NCBI RefSeq assembly: GCF_026210795.1
Contig: NC_089431.1
Span: 620,001 to 684,000 of the forward strand
Length of the DNA: 64,000 nucleotides
Origin: Rhizophagus irregularis
Taxonomy: Eukaryota
Direction of reading: 5' to 3'
Position 1 is the stretch's first letter. Each line of letters opens with the position of its first letter. This document shows, one piece after another, positions 33,087-47,353 of this stretch. The notes under the pieces were generated by a model. It had not been told where the DNA came from and made no database searches. It saw only the letters and a list, made by a program, of their open reading frames with translations. The translations under genes and the position numbers were made by a program.

Positions 33087-34225
33087 AAATATTATTAGTA
33101 CAACAAAAATATCGGTTCATTATTTTCCCAATATAACGAACCTTTTCAAAAAAATATTTCAAAATTCCAAAAATTCTGGTAACGATAATATATCAAATTT
33201 TATATTCTTTTTTAACTGATATTAATTCTCAAGTTTTATTATCCTATGAAGTATTAACGTTGAGAAAATTATCCTCATAAATAATTTTATTTTCCTTCAG
33301 GATGTCGGTAAAATTAAATGTCATGTAAATGTATTTTTTTACTTCCCACAGTTAAAAGTTTATATGATTCAATTTTTTATAGCCGTACAACCTCAAGTAC
33401 CTCACTACTATTAAACTTGCATGATAATTTTATTGGATACTGAAACCGCTATATACCTGCACTCAGGACAATAAGCATTTTTTTTTGTGTTTAAAATTTT
33501 ACTTTATTAAAAGTCCTATCATAAAATCAATTGGATTATTATTAATCGTCGCTATCAAATAGTTCACGAAAATTCATGTACATTAGTAAGATGCGCCAAT
33601 CCCTCTTTTGATTTGGCTAATTATACCGTTGGAGTATTCTAACATTTTTTTGGGAATTTGGATAATTAACAAACAATGAACATTTTGATGATGACAATTA
33701 AATATTAATCCTCGAATAATCTTTTATCTCATTATAAATGAATGTGAATATTACCTCAATTTAAAATATTTAAATCCGAATATTTCCGATATATTCTATG
33801 AGAATAACAACATGCAAACATTTGATCGTTGAGTAATTAAGACTATAAATTCTGGGACTATGCTACATTTACAGAAAGAACTTGAGCGTACCAACTTTTT
33901 TTATAAGGTGTCCTTAAAAAATTCCTTAAAAAAATTCCGAATATATTATAAATCACGTGAAAATCCTGATTCTTTTATGTACGTAACAAACTCGAGCTCA
34001 TAATGATGAAATAATTTTATTTACAAAATTTTTAATGATATAAATATTTCAGCATAAGAGATAATAATGAAGTAATTGATCTGTCAGTAAAAATTACATC
34101 ATTATTTAAATTAATTTTTATAAAAGTAACTGCAAAATCCTCAAATTTTTTTTAAAAAAAAAACTTATTTCTCTACACATTTAAAATTTATACAAAAAAA
34201 AATAATTATATAAAATTATATAACG

Positions 34226-34630
34226 ATGTCGGATAAATTTCACGAACAAACACAACGCGCAATGGATTCGGGAAAAGACTTGTCATCAGCAGCTTACGAT
34301 AAAGCATACCAGGCATCCGAAACATCTCGAGGTTTATTTAATCAAACGAGCCACTATGTTCAAGCAACTGCCTCTCAATTGAGTGGTACAACGAAGTACT
34401 GTTGGCATGAATTCCCTCCCATTCGTTGGGCAACTTATACTTTAGGTGCATTTAACGCTATACCCATTGCAATTTTAATTTTTTGGGTAATTGTCATTTT
34501 GGGTTTTGTATCTCTTCCCGTTGTTAGTGTTGTTGTCTTTATTGCCTTTATTTTGGCTGGTTGTGCTCTTTTTGTTTGGGGAGGATTTCATGCTGGTATT
34601 ATCATTTTTACAAAGTTGGGCTTAATGTAA
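34226..34630 (+). CDS. Small membrane protein, promethin/lipid-droplet assembly factor-like
   Basis: 134 aa: polar N-terminus, then an uninterrupted ~60-residue hydrophobic hairpin with prolines (AIPIAIL, SLPVV). Confidence 0.65.
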   Translation: MSDKFHEQTQRAMDSGKDLSSAAYDKAYQASETSRGLFNQTSHYVQATASQLSGTTKYCWHEFPPIRWATYTLGAFNAIPIAILIFWVIVILGFVSLPVVSVVVFIAFILAGCALFVWGGFHAGIIIFTKLGLM

Positions 34631-37600
34631 ATAATTTATGATCAACTTCACGTTAGAAATTGTGATATTAAAATAAAAATCCTTCTTTATTTTTTCTTTC
34701 CTTTCCTTACACTCCCTTTCGTTTTGTGTGACATTGGAGTAAAATTTTATTTTTTTTTCATTAAATTATAAAAAGTTAATAAAAAGTTTTTTAAGTAAAA
34801 TGAAAATTTTGATGTTATCATTTCTCTTATACGTTTCAAAAAAATAAAAATTTGTGTGATTTTTTAAATCAAAATAAATTTCCTTACCTTAATTTGGATA
34901 GTGTGAAATAAAAATTTCAAATGTGTTTGTTTGATCGTCATTTTTAAAAAGAGAAATGACGATTTTATCAAAAAAAATGTTATGATTTTCATCTATATAA
35001 TTAAATCATCATTTATAATGATTTGCGTCATTAATTTTTTTTTTTAAACAAATAATTAATTTAATAAATATTATTATTATTATTAATTAAAAATTTTTCA
35101 AAACGGTTGGATAATAAAAATTCAATGAAAACAATATATTATCATGAACATGTATTAACATATGATTTTTATAAATTGACTAACCAAAATAAGTGAGTAA
35201 ATTGATCACCGGATATTTTATTTTTAGATTTTATGAAAAAAATTTTGAAAAGACTAAAAAAAATGTAAATAATTACATTTAGAAATATCATTATTCAATT
35301 TTTTTTCGCCAACTGAATAATAAGACATTTCACTATAAAAAGTAAATAAATAAATAAAATGAAGATCTTTTTTTAGGTGTTTGATGAAAATAAATTATTT
35401 GCTTTATTGCTTTTTTAAGTCTAAAGTCAAATATTAGAATGAGATAAGACTTTTTTTTTTTCTTTCAATGAAAAAAAAAATTCTTTATATCGATGATGTA
35501 ACTGATGTAACGCGTTTAATTTGTAATTCGTATATCGCCAATGACGTCGATTAGAAAGGTTTGTGCGATAATATAATTTATATAATTTTTTTTGAAATCA
35601 ACCAATAATAAAATGTTAATTTATGTTAATGAACAAGAATCTGGCAATTGGATCGAAATCTCGGTTATAATAGTTTAGATCAACACTTATTATCGGATTA
35701 TCCTTTAACAATTTAAGTTAGCAAGCTGCCAAGAACTTCGATCACGTGACTTCTTCTTCAATCAAATCGTAAAATGATAATAATATAATGTTTTGTTTTA
35801 TTGACGACCATACATGTATTAAAGCACAAAGTGATAGAATAAAGTAGATAAAATTTAGTATTATTGGCAAAAAATATATCGGAATTGTCGGAGTTGTCGG
35901 AGTTGCTTTGTAAATTTACCATTTCCATTTCCCAAAACGTCACGAGCGATACCATTCTTCATACAATTCTTTGACATTAACTTACAAATTTAAAATTAGA
36001 AAACTCAAAATTAGAAATCATGTAATAATACAATGCTTTTCCATTGATGAATGAAACATTTTTTATTTTGCTTTATAATTTTATTTACGAATTTTAATCA
36101 ATCGGTTAAATGATGAGATTTGTTTTAAAGTGTTACACTACTACAATATTTAGGGTATGACAACGAATTTCTTTGTGCAAGAGATCAAGTATTATCAAGT
36201 TTTTATATTGTTATATACGTTTTGATTTCCCACCGAATTTAAATTTTTACTACTTTAATAATGGTTTTTATCAACTTTTAACCATTCAGGTTACAATTTC
36301 TACTATTGATACTACTGATTCAGAAGATAAGAATTTATATGGAAGATTTAGAAAAAAAGAAAATAAGTATATGGAATATTTAGAGAATGTAAAAGAACCC
36401 GGCGCAGGAAAAAAAAAAAATTTAAGGATAATTAAGAAATTGGACTAATAGAAATAAGGATACAAATGTTAGAGTTGTGACATGAGTACAAATATTTTAA
36501 ATAAGGTAATTTACGTTAAAAATATAATTTATTATATTGTATTTAAAAAGTTATATTTATCTAAAAAAAATTGATATTTTCAGCATTAGTGCGACAAAGC
36601 AAAGCTTTTTTTTTTTAAAGAGATGAACTTAACTTTAGCTTCTTCAGGTAGTTACATCGGTATAATAACGTCAAGAAGTTTTTTCAACGGTAGCAATATC
36701 ATTATAACAATATTGATCTTGTGGTTCAAGATCCATATTCTAATTCTAAACAGTGTATGATGGTTTTTTATTATTGTAAAAATGAAAATTTGAGAAATTT
36801 AATTTGATAAATCTTCGATTACAACAATATGCATGACGCTGGAAATTTCATAAAATTTTCATTCAGGCAATTTATTATTAACACGGATAGTGATTTGGAT
36901 GTCGACCAGAAAACAATAAAGGAATATGACACTAATAGTAAGGATTAAGGAATTATACTAAATAGTTATAGGATGGGAAAAGAGATAAATATCGGTCTTC
37001 AACCGATATCCCCCATCCAATAACTCAGTTTAGTTCAGTCATTAGGAATACTGCGGTGACCAATAAAAATTAATGTTACTAAATAACGTTTGATGTCTCT
37101 TAAAAAATATCGGTCATTAAAATCCCGCACATTCCTAATCGACCGAACAATAACAAATATTAAAGAAACGAAATTATGAAAGACATAATATTTATATTTC
37201 AAATAGAAAAATGTAATAAGATTAAAGAAAGCAAATTTTTTTTAAAAAAAAACAGATCAAGTAAAAATAAATCAAAAAAAAAAATAAATCCATAAACAAT
37301 TCATGCTAATAAATTTTTTAAAATTTCAAAAATCTTCTAGAACAAATGATTCTGGTAATGTCCGATTGTTAATTTATTTTGATTATGATAATTTATTTAC
37401 ATTATTTAATTCTTATTCGCTTCTTTTAATAAATGTTTTTATCAACAACAGCAAATCCAAGTAAAGTGGTAATATTTAATTATTATAATTAATATTTTAA
37501 CGTTATATAATTTACACATAATTTCAAAAAAATTAATTTAAGTGGATCAGGTAAAATATTAAAATTATTAAAATTCATTTACTTTTTAAAAACTTATTTA

Positions 37601-38691
37601 TAAAATATTTTAAAACCTTACAAAATGTACATAATAAATCATGATATTAATAATACAATGGAACTTTTAATTAACATTATTTATCTATAGTTTTATAATT
37701 TATATCTTTATTATCTCTGCATTTATTAACATACTTTTTTTTATCTGTTAAATCAGTTATTATTTTTTTCGTAAAAAAATTGTACATATAACGCATATAT
37801 ATTAATATATGTTTCAGGATATATGAAAAGGTCTAATAATACGGAAATACTAACATTTTTAGTTTCAACTTGATACTGTATGTATATGATTGATACATTA
37901 GATATCATAAAATTGGAAACGCAGTATTAAATAAATACGTTATTCACTGGCGGGCTATTGATGCATAAAATATTTTATTGCTATAATGAAAAAACTAAAG
38001 AAACTTTCTAACGTTTATAATCTGCATTTCAAGAAGTATTACATCAGTTTGAAACTATTAAATTTTTAAGTTCTATCAAATACATTAATTAATTAACTTC
38101 TGAACGTATAAAATCCTTCGAAATCAAACGTTGAATGATATCATCACGTGTACAAATCGAAATTCGAAGGAAGATAAATATAATAGTTTGCATTACTTCA
38201 CTTTAAAAGTTTTATTAGTCATCTTAAATTCGTTATTATATCATTATTGATTCTAATAATTGTTTTTAAATAAACCACGCCAAGATCAATGTACTGGTAA
38301 TTCCGGCACAGCGAAGGATCTAAATCGTTACTTGAATAAACAAACAACGCTGTCATTAAGCATTTTTTTAATCTACATGACGTAATTGACGTATCTTACA
38401 ACCATCACAATCTGCATTACCAACGTTTTAATTGGACAGAATTAAAGTTAATGCAACCATAGATCACAATTTTAATTACATGAAAATTAATTTAACGCAA
38501 CTCGAAATTTAAAATTACATGCATGAACAAAAAAGAGCGGGTAACTTATGAACAGTTCAATAAACAATTTACTATACAGACTCATAAGACTCATGTGAAT
38601 AATTTTATTTTAAAATGATATTCTCATATAATACAACACTACGTAATTTTACTTACACAATTTATTCTACGTCATCTATTTTAACTCTACG

Positions 38692-39876
38692 TCATTCAAT
38701 TTTTTGACCCCAAAATCTAAAGAATTTTTCCTCAACTTTACGTGTTTGAAATTCTTTTATAACATCATCTAATAAATTTTCAAAATCTTTTGATGAAATT
38801 CCTAAATGTTTACTAAATACCGATGATTCACCAACAAAATACTTTATAATACTATTTTCATGAGATATTCCTACTTCACCTCCCAATCTTCCTATTATTA
38901 TTGATTTAGAATCTTTTTGTATATTATTTAATTGATTTGTTGATTGTAATATTACTTCTAATCTTTCTGATACATCTGATCTTTCTCCTATAATTTGTTT
39001 CACTATTAATTCATTAAAAAGGAAAAATTTTCTTTTGATTATTATCAAAAGAAAAGAAGAATGATGATGATGAAATTATTTAAAAATACTTAAAATTTCT
39101 AATTACTTACATGTATCCATAAGTAGAGTGAATTTAGGTCCCATATTTATTGGAACTATACCAGGTTCGACGAATTCAATCCATCCTCCTGGCTTCGTAA
39201 CACTAATTTTTTTTAAGGAGAAATAATTAAACGCATTATTCTGATAAATAGTCAAGTTTTTTTTTTTCTAAAATAATAAATAATTACCGAATTAATTCTC
39301 TTACTACAGGATCCCATTCGCTACAGGCAAGAGAATTAGCAAAATAGCATAAACGAACAAAATCAAATTCGTTATCTTCAAACGGAAGACCGGATAAAAT
39401 ATTAGCCTGAGTAAATTTAACATTATTTGGTATTTGAGATGGAAATTGATGTGGGCTTAATCCTACGCCCGCAAAATCTGTCGTTTGATATTCTAAAGCC
39501 ATATCGATCAACCATGCTCCGAATCCACATCTATATTAATAAAAGAAAAATATAATTTTAAAAAAAAACTTTCCAATTGTACCAAAAAGTTGTACAGTAC
39601 TTACCCAGCATCTAAAACAACTCCAGACGATAATAAAATATCTTCAACAGGAGCAGAATAATTACTTTGCCATAAATATCGCAAAGTATAATGAGGACTT
39701 TGAAATTCAGACAAGGAATCACTTATACAAGGTAATTTATACTTTAGTTCTTCATGATTAAATATTGAATTTTTATCAATCTTATCATTTTTATAATTCC
39801 TTTCATTTTTATCATTTTTATCAAATGTAGAAACTTTTATAATTCTTTCTTTGATTCTAGAATATATTATACCCAT
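38692..39876 (-). CDS. SAM-dependent methyltransferase (LaeA/Methyltransf_23-like), spliced
   Basis: NYSAPVEDIL...VLDAG|CGFGAW, PNNVKFTQANILSGLPFEDNEFDFV, ELIR|VTKPGGWIEFVE; GT-AG introns. Confidence 0.9.
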
Positions 39877-42291
39877 AATTTTTTTTTTTATCGCAGAGAA
39901 AAAAAAAAATTTTTTTGAATAAAAAGTTGACGTAGTTGATAATATATGATAATATATCTCACATATAATTTGACCTTAAAACAATACTTGAAACTGTAAT
40001 ACGTTCCCAGATCTCAATATTTATTTTCTTTACAAAAGAAGATTATAATGTATTATTATTATTTTTTTTTTCTCTTATTCTGTAATTATAAATTCTAGAC
40101 CATTGAATAAAAAACATTGTGCAGCTGCAAGTAACATTGACATATTTATATATATATATACATATATATACATATTATATATATGTGATATTAAAGGTTG
40201 GATCTTTAATGATAAAAAAATCATTACAAGAATGAAATAACTTGTTTTGTAATTATTTTTGCCAAGAAAATAATTAATTCCTGCAAGATTATTAATCCCT
40301 TATTTTATGAATGCAAAGTATATCTCTTTACCTAAATACAACATAAAGATTTATACCGATTTAATATTATTGATATTTGGGACTTTTTTTTGGTACGTGC
40401 GTAATCTTCCAATAAATATCCAATAAATTCTTGTGTTTATTGTAAATATTATTCCTATTGGATATCTGGATTAACCGTTTTTTTTTTTCTTATGAAAAAA
40501 ACGGAAAAAAAAAACAAATTCTTAATCGGAAAAAAGTTTTTATGGTTTCATAATATTCATAATCTGCATAAGAAAATTTTTTATATCACAAATTTCTTTT
40601 TTTATAACTTAAGAAAAATTTGCTTTTTTAATTTGCGCCAAAATCTTTTTGAGGAAAACAAGTGAATTACCAATTTAGTTAAGTAAAAATAATTATGCAA
40701 GTGAATCTATGTGTATCGGTGTATCCATGTGAAAAAATATATAATATTTTTTTTTATTAATTGAAAATAAACTAAATAAACTGGATTCAAAATAATATTG
40801 GTTTAAAAAAATAAAAAGATTCTTAAATTCTAATTTAAATTCGAAATTAAGTCATGACATCATAATTTTTCTTTAATTACTATTAGTTTTTGGTTTTTTT
40901 TAATATACATGTATACAGAAAAATTCCAGATATTAAACCGGATTCTAAACCAGAATTCATTTATCTTGAGATTATTTCGTGTTTCATGTACATTAGAACA
41001 TGAGTATTAAAGGGTACGTATAAAATTATTATGCAAAAAATATTATATTTTATTTCTTTTTGGATCATATAATGGAATATCAAATGTGTTACAGCAGGAA
41101 TTGTGGGATACGATCATATAATAAACAATTTGATAATTACTGACCTTCTTCTTCAATAATGGGTTCATTCAAATTTACTTTTCTTTATTGAATTATCTTA
41201 ATATGGAAATCCGAATCTCGTTTAAAAATCTCGAAACTCAAGTACAATCCAAAACCTGAAAAGTAAAATCCTGATTCATAATCCTGAATCTAAATTACAA
41301 TGTATAAGCCTATTATTGTATTAATTAAAACAAGTAATAATTTATTAGCAATTAGCCATTCGGGATCTACTTTCGGGATTAAGAGTTCCGGCACCCGTTT
41401 TACCCCGCCCCGAGTCGTCTCCAAGATAGGGCGCTTACAAGTTACAACTCACAAGGCTAGTTTAAAATTGGTGCTTACAAGATATAACAGGATTTACGAA
41501 TTTTCGTTACTCAATTACTAATGAAGATCGTGAATTAGGAATATAGGAATTTTGTTAAATTACGTTTAATTTATTATCGGATATACATATAATATAAAAT
41601 AATAATAATAATAATAATATAAATGTTTTATTATCCAGAAAAGTCAAAGGTTTATGACACTAAATATTCAATGAAACAGAAAAGTAAGTAATTATTGCGA
41701 GGTGCATCGACTACTTATAGGTTAAAACTCATTTCAATTCGATGTAAAAGAAGTATAAAATATTAAATATTAATTTTTAATTTTTTTCATAATTATGATT
41801 TACAGTAAAAAATGTTTTTAAAGGAAATTTTGTATCATGAGATCATCAACAAATAAACAATTATATGTATTTGTGAAATTAATTTATTGTTGAATAAATT
41901 GAATAAATTTTAAATATAATTGCTGCAGGTATGGCAGAAATTTACTTTTTTTGTCAAAGAACGGTAAGCATTAACATTTATTGATCACTTATCATTTGAA
42001 TAAATTAATTATCTGTACGTACAATCAACTCTCTATAAATGTATCCTCTATAAGTGCATTCCCTTAGATCTCTAATTATTAACTCTATTAACTCACATCC
42101 TCTTTAATGCACGATTTTTTATGGTCCCATCTATACTTATTTTAATAGAATAATATTTTTTTTATTTTTTTATCTTTTTTTTATTTATAAAAAAGGGAAA
42201 TGTATCTATGAAATAAAAAACATCACCATCAACCTATTAATTTATCAATAAATATACCCCAAGTACACATACAGTATATAGTATATATTTT

Positions 42292-44879
42292 TTATTCGAC
42301 TTTACTACCAATACCTTTTTCGTAATCTCTTACATCTCTTACTTGAGGAACTATACAATATCTATAAACAACTCCAACTATCAAAGAAAGAATAATTAAA
42401 GAAACAATTGGATGTTCAATTATAGTTTTCTATATTATAAATTAAAAAAAGAAAAAATTGAAGAATAAAGTTAGAAATTGCATTTTAAATCATTAAAGAT
42501 ATATATTACTATTTAATAAAATTACCTGTGCATGCTCTCCGTATGAAAACATATCCTAATTAAAACAAAATGTAAATTAAATTAATAAATTTAATTTATA
42601 ACTTTAAAAACGTATTATTCGAAACTTACTCTAAATGTCTTCTCGATAAATCCCATAGTACTTTTTCCAACTAAATAACCTTTCTTTGCATCATGAATAG
42701 ATTCTAAAAGTTGCTCTTGATCTATTAAATTAATTTTATCTCCTGATCTTGAAGTATCATAATATTTATTTGACTAAAAAAAAAATTTTTAATAAAGAGA
42801 TTATGAGTTAGGGTACAATTTTCCCTCATAAAATACATGATTTTTAAGCTCACCTGAGGATCAGCAATTATGACAGCAGGTAAGTCTTTTTTATTCAATC
42901 CATAAACTCCATATATATAATCACTCCATCTAGTTCCATCTAACCAAGCAAATATCACACTTCTCCCATCTTCACTTCCACCCCTTTCTTTAATTTGTTG
43001 ATAATATAACTTAGCAATATTCTTTAAACTCTTTTTCGCTTTAATTTGTGTTCCTTCGAATGATCTAAAAACTCCCAATACTACTAATCTATCACCGCCT
43101 AAAATATCCTCATAATTCTCTGAATCCATCGCTGGCACTAAAGGATATTTCTCTGATTGTATCCAATTTTTAATAATATCACGACTTAAAAATGAGTCTA
43201 ATGATACAGAGGGATAATTCTTTTGAAGTTCATCCTTAAGAACCACCAAAGCTGGAAGTTTAACTATTTTTAATTGTGCAGTAAGATTAGGATCTTTAGA
43301 AGAATAGAATTTTACTGAGAAAAATGATCGCGACAATCCCTTAATTGTTTCCTAAATCAAATAAAAAAAGAATGTTGCGTTAATTAATTTGTGATGCGCT
43401 TAAAATGATATAATAATAATAATAATAATGAATAATAAATATTTACAAGGATACTAAAAGGAGTATTATCGTCATAAAGATAAATAAAAAGTACATCGTC
43501 CATTTTTTTGATCCTGTCAAGATCTGTTACAGTAATGTCTAATACACGAGCATAAGCTGCCTTTTCAGCAAAATCTCTGAGACTACTTAATTGTCTAGAT
43601 CCTTTATATTCAATTATGTCATTAGGGCTTTGTAATCTGTGTAAATTTGATTTATCAATTAAAAAATAATATAAATAAAATAAATTTCAAGTAAAACAGA
43701 ATAAATTAAGGATACAATTTCAATGTTGGATAACCTTGAACTTTAAATCTTTGACAAAGACCTAAAACGTAATAAATTAAAGTTAAAAATACGCCTTTTT
43801 TTCTTTCTGTTCGAATTTAAGTAGACTATTATATTACCTGAATCAGCAGTACAATCAACTTTACCAATATTTACTTTATATTGTAATTCATGTCCCAATT
43901 CTTCCCAAGTAGGAGCTAATTTTTGACAATGTGTGCACCAAGGTGCAAAAAATTTTATAAACCAAATTCCAGTCTTTGTTAATGAATCAAAATTACTAGC
44001 ATTTAATAATACAACAGTTCCAAGTGGATTTGCTTGAGCTGGAGTTTCTTTATTATCAGAATCGACATGGACATTAATATTCGGATCCTTAAAATCTTCA
44101 ATTGCAGGTGTATAATATTGATCTGCTTTAGATTTTGCATATGCTGTTAATGAATCAAAGTTTCTTTTGTCACTATACGAATCAACTTTTACCCCTTCGT
44201 TATATCTATTAAATTAATAATTATAGCAAAAAAAAATAAAATTTTAGTAAAAATTAAGACAATTTAATAATAAAAAAAAATAAATAAATAAAATAAAACA
44301 AAATAAAATAAAAATAATTTACAGATGCATTGTTGGATATCTTTCAATATTATTTGCATCACAGAGATCTAATAAAAATTTAATCTTATAAATTAAGAAT
44401 AATTAAAAATAAATTAAAACAATATATTTTTCCTAACCTCCATTAAGTGTGCAGTCAACTTCAGCGATATGAAAGTTCTTTGATTCTAAATAATCTCCAT
44501 TTTCAACAGCTACCTTTGTCCATATTGGAGCTACATAAAATAAAATAAAATAGATTTAATTTCATTATCATTCATTATAACCAATTTTTAAATAGATGAA
44601 AGAATAATTTTACAACAAAAAAAGGAAAAAATATTTTTACCAATAGACTGACAATGAGGACACCACGGAGCAAAAAATTTCACGAACCTATTACCAAATT
44701 GTGTTAGGTTACATAATATATGCGCATAATTTTAAACGACCAAAAGTGAAATAACCATACCAAGTTCCTTTCTTTATAGTTTCTTTAAAATCCGTGGCAC
44801 CTAAAGTTACTACTTCAGAACCTAAAACTCTCGTAATAGTAACGATAAGAATCGTTACCAACCAAATTGGCAACTTCAT
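42292..44879 (-). CDS. Protein disulfide isomerase-family membrane protein (two WCxHC thioredoxin domains; Eps1/TMX-like), multi-exon
   Basis: Signal peptide MKLPIWLVTILIV; FFAPWCPHCQ and FFAPWCTHCQ; redox-inactive Trx domain (42725-43336); C-terminal TM HPIVSLIILSLIVGVVY, ending SKVE*. Confidence 0.9.
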
Positions 44880-45529
44880 TTTTTTTGGGATAATGACTGA
44901 ACTTTATATTCTTACAATAATATACAATAAATCGAATCAAAACTTTACGGTAAAATAAAAAATTGACGAAAATAATTGAAAAAAAAATATACAAATGAAT
45001 ACCTTTCTGATCAAATATTTTCGAAGTAATCAAAAATACTTTTACAAAACAATACATAAAGTATAAATTATGAAAATTAGTTCAAACGTCTAGGGGTCTC
45101 TAAATATATAGATCGAAAAATTAAAAATCGTATATTTGGATATTTTGGATACGTGGAAATTAATAATACAATGCGTAACATTTATTTTTTCATAAAGGAA
45201 ATGATCAACAATAAGTATTTTTTAAACTTCATTTGATCAGCGCATACATGACTTTGACTTTTCTACTGCTTGAATTTTATTCACTGCATCACTGCAACTG
45301 TTACTCGTGTCTGCAGCAAAACGATGAACTTTTTATATCAGGTTTTCTTGAAAATTTACATTTTCTAATAAATTACACGTCATTATGATATTGCGGACGG
45401 CAATGAAGGTAATTAATTGCATAACTTTCGAAATTTTGAACATAGTATAAAGTGATAACCATTTATAACATTTTATGTTAGTTCGCATCTACGTCATTTA
45501 ATAACTCGATAAAGAAGAGTTACAATCCA

Positions 45530-47353
45530 ATGTGTCCATTTTTAAATAAAAAACTTTTTAAGCAAAACATTTCGTGTTCATACTCAATACATCATGATTT
45601 ACCTTCCAAAGTTCTCGAGCTTTACGAAGGAATAAAAATGAAAGATCGTTATTGTTTGGCGAAAGCGATTACATTAGGTTTGTAAAAATAATAATATTCA
45701 CTTCATTGTGTTTGTGAGATTTAATAACGATTTCTTTTGTACGTAGTGGAATCGATACGTAAAGATCATAAAACTCAAGCTCAACAATTACTTTCTCTAA
45801 TACTTGACACACGACATGAACGTGCAAAAGAAACTGGAGATTCTATATCAACATTCAGGATAGGATTATCTGGTCCACCAGGTGTTGGAAAATCAACTTT
45901 CATTGAGCGATTTGGAATGTATGTTCTTTCTCAGGGACATCGTGTGGCTGTCCTTGTATGTTACGGTATCTTAATTTCATAGAATTTTATTGTAGAAATA
46001 TTATTGCATACTTATACTGCTTAAATTAAGGCTGTTGATCCATCTTCATTGAAAACTGGCGGATCAATTATGGGAGATAAGACAAGAATGCCTGAATTAT
46101 CACAACAAGATAACGCATACATTCGTCCTTCAGCGAGCCATGGTACACTTGGTATGTTAATTGCATATTCCCTTAATGATTCTATTTATGTAATTTAATT
46201 TAATTTATTTTAATTTTATAGGTGGTGTAAGTTCTTTAAATTATTTAACTCAGTTTTTTTTTTCAAAAAAAAAGCCAATGTTATATACAATACTTTAATA
46301 GGTAGCCCGTAATACAAACGAAGCTTTAATCTTATGTGAAGGTAGTGTAATTAAATCATGTAAGGTCATAGTCCAAAGAAAGGGAAATTGATTCTTTTGA
46401 AAATAAATACTCTACAGCTGCTGGGTATGATGTGTGTCTTGTAGAAACAGTTGGAGTTGGACAATCAGAAACAATGGTTGCAGAAATGGTTGATATGTAA
46501 GTAATTTTCTGGTGAAAATATTACATATTGAAACAATATATTAAAATCTATTATTGCATTTGTAGGTTCGTTCTGATGGTCCCACCAGCAGGAGGAGATG
46601 AGATACAAGTAAAGAACTTTTTTAATTTCAGATGCTCATATTAGAAATTATAATATAGACTGTTTTCTCTGTAGGGGTTGAAAAAAGGTATCGTTGAAAT
46701 TTCTGATCTAATAGTTGTCAACAAGTCGGACGGTGTATTTGCTAGTGCTGCAAGAGAGGCTGTAACTGAATATACAAGTGCTTTGAAATATCTTCATCCG
46801 AGTTCTCCTTTTTGGCAACCTCGGGTAGGTAAAAAAAGGAAGAAAAACATTCTAATAGTATGTATAGGTATAATTTTGCTTTTTGACTTAATATGTAGGT
46901 AATAAAAGTTTCGGCTAAAACAAATAGTGGGTTGGATGAATCTTGGAAATTTATGCAAGATTATTATAATATTATGAAGGTAATAAATAGCGCGAAAATT
47001 TTTAAAGTAATATTCTTACATTAAATCTATTTTATTTATTATGATATTATTTAGAGTTCAAATGAATTATATAAAAGAAGAGGTAAACAAAGAAAGTTAT
47101 GGATGTGGAGACAAATAACGTCAGAATTATTAGATAGGTATTTATTTAAAATAAAACAAATATTATTAATACATCATTTTATCTAAAAATTTTTTAAATC
47201 ATATTTTTCAGATTAAATTCTGATAAAGAAATTAGAAATCTTGTTGACGAATTAGAACAAAAAGTATTTCACGGTGAAATAACAAGCGGAATTGCAGCTG
47301 ACTATGTTGTTGATAATTTTACTCATAAATATAATGTTACTAAAACAAATTAA
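45530..47353 (+). CDS. MMAA: Methylmalonic aciduria type A protein (MeaB/ArgK GTPase, cobalamin chaperone of methylmalonyl-CoA mutase), multi-exon
   Basis: [74 protein letters not shown]. Confidence 0.95.

Noticed and set aside
42015..42145. Possible pogo-like TIR remnant (TACAATCAACTCTCTATAA...)
   Set aside because: No matching second end or TSD found.
44815..45057. 80-aa ORF as first exon of the PDI gene
   Set aside because: The signal-peptide start is in another frame at 44879; this ORF is AT-rich UTR/promoter sequence.
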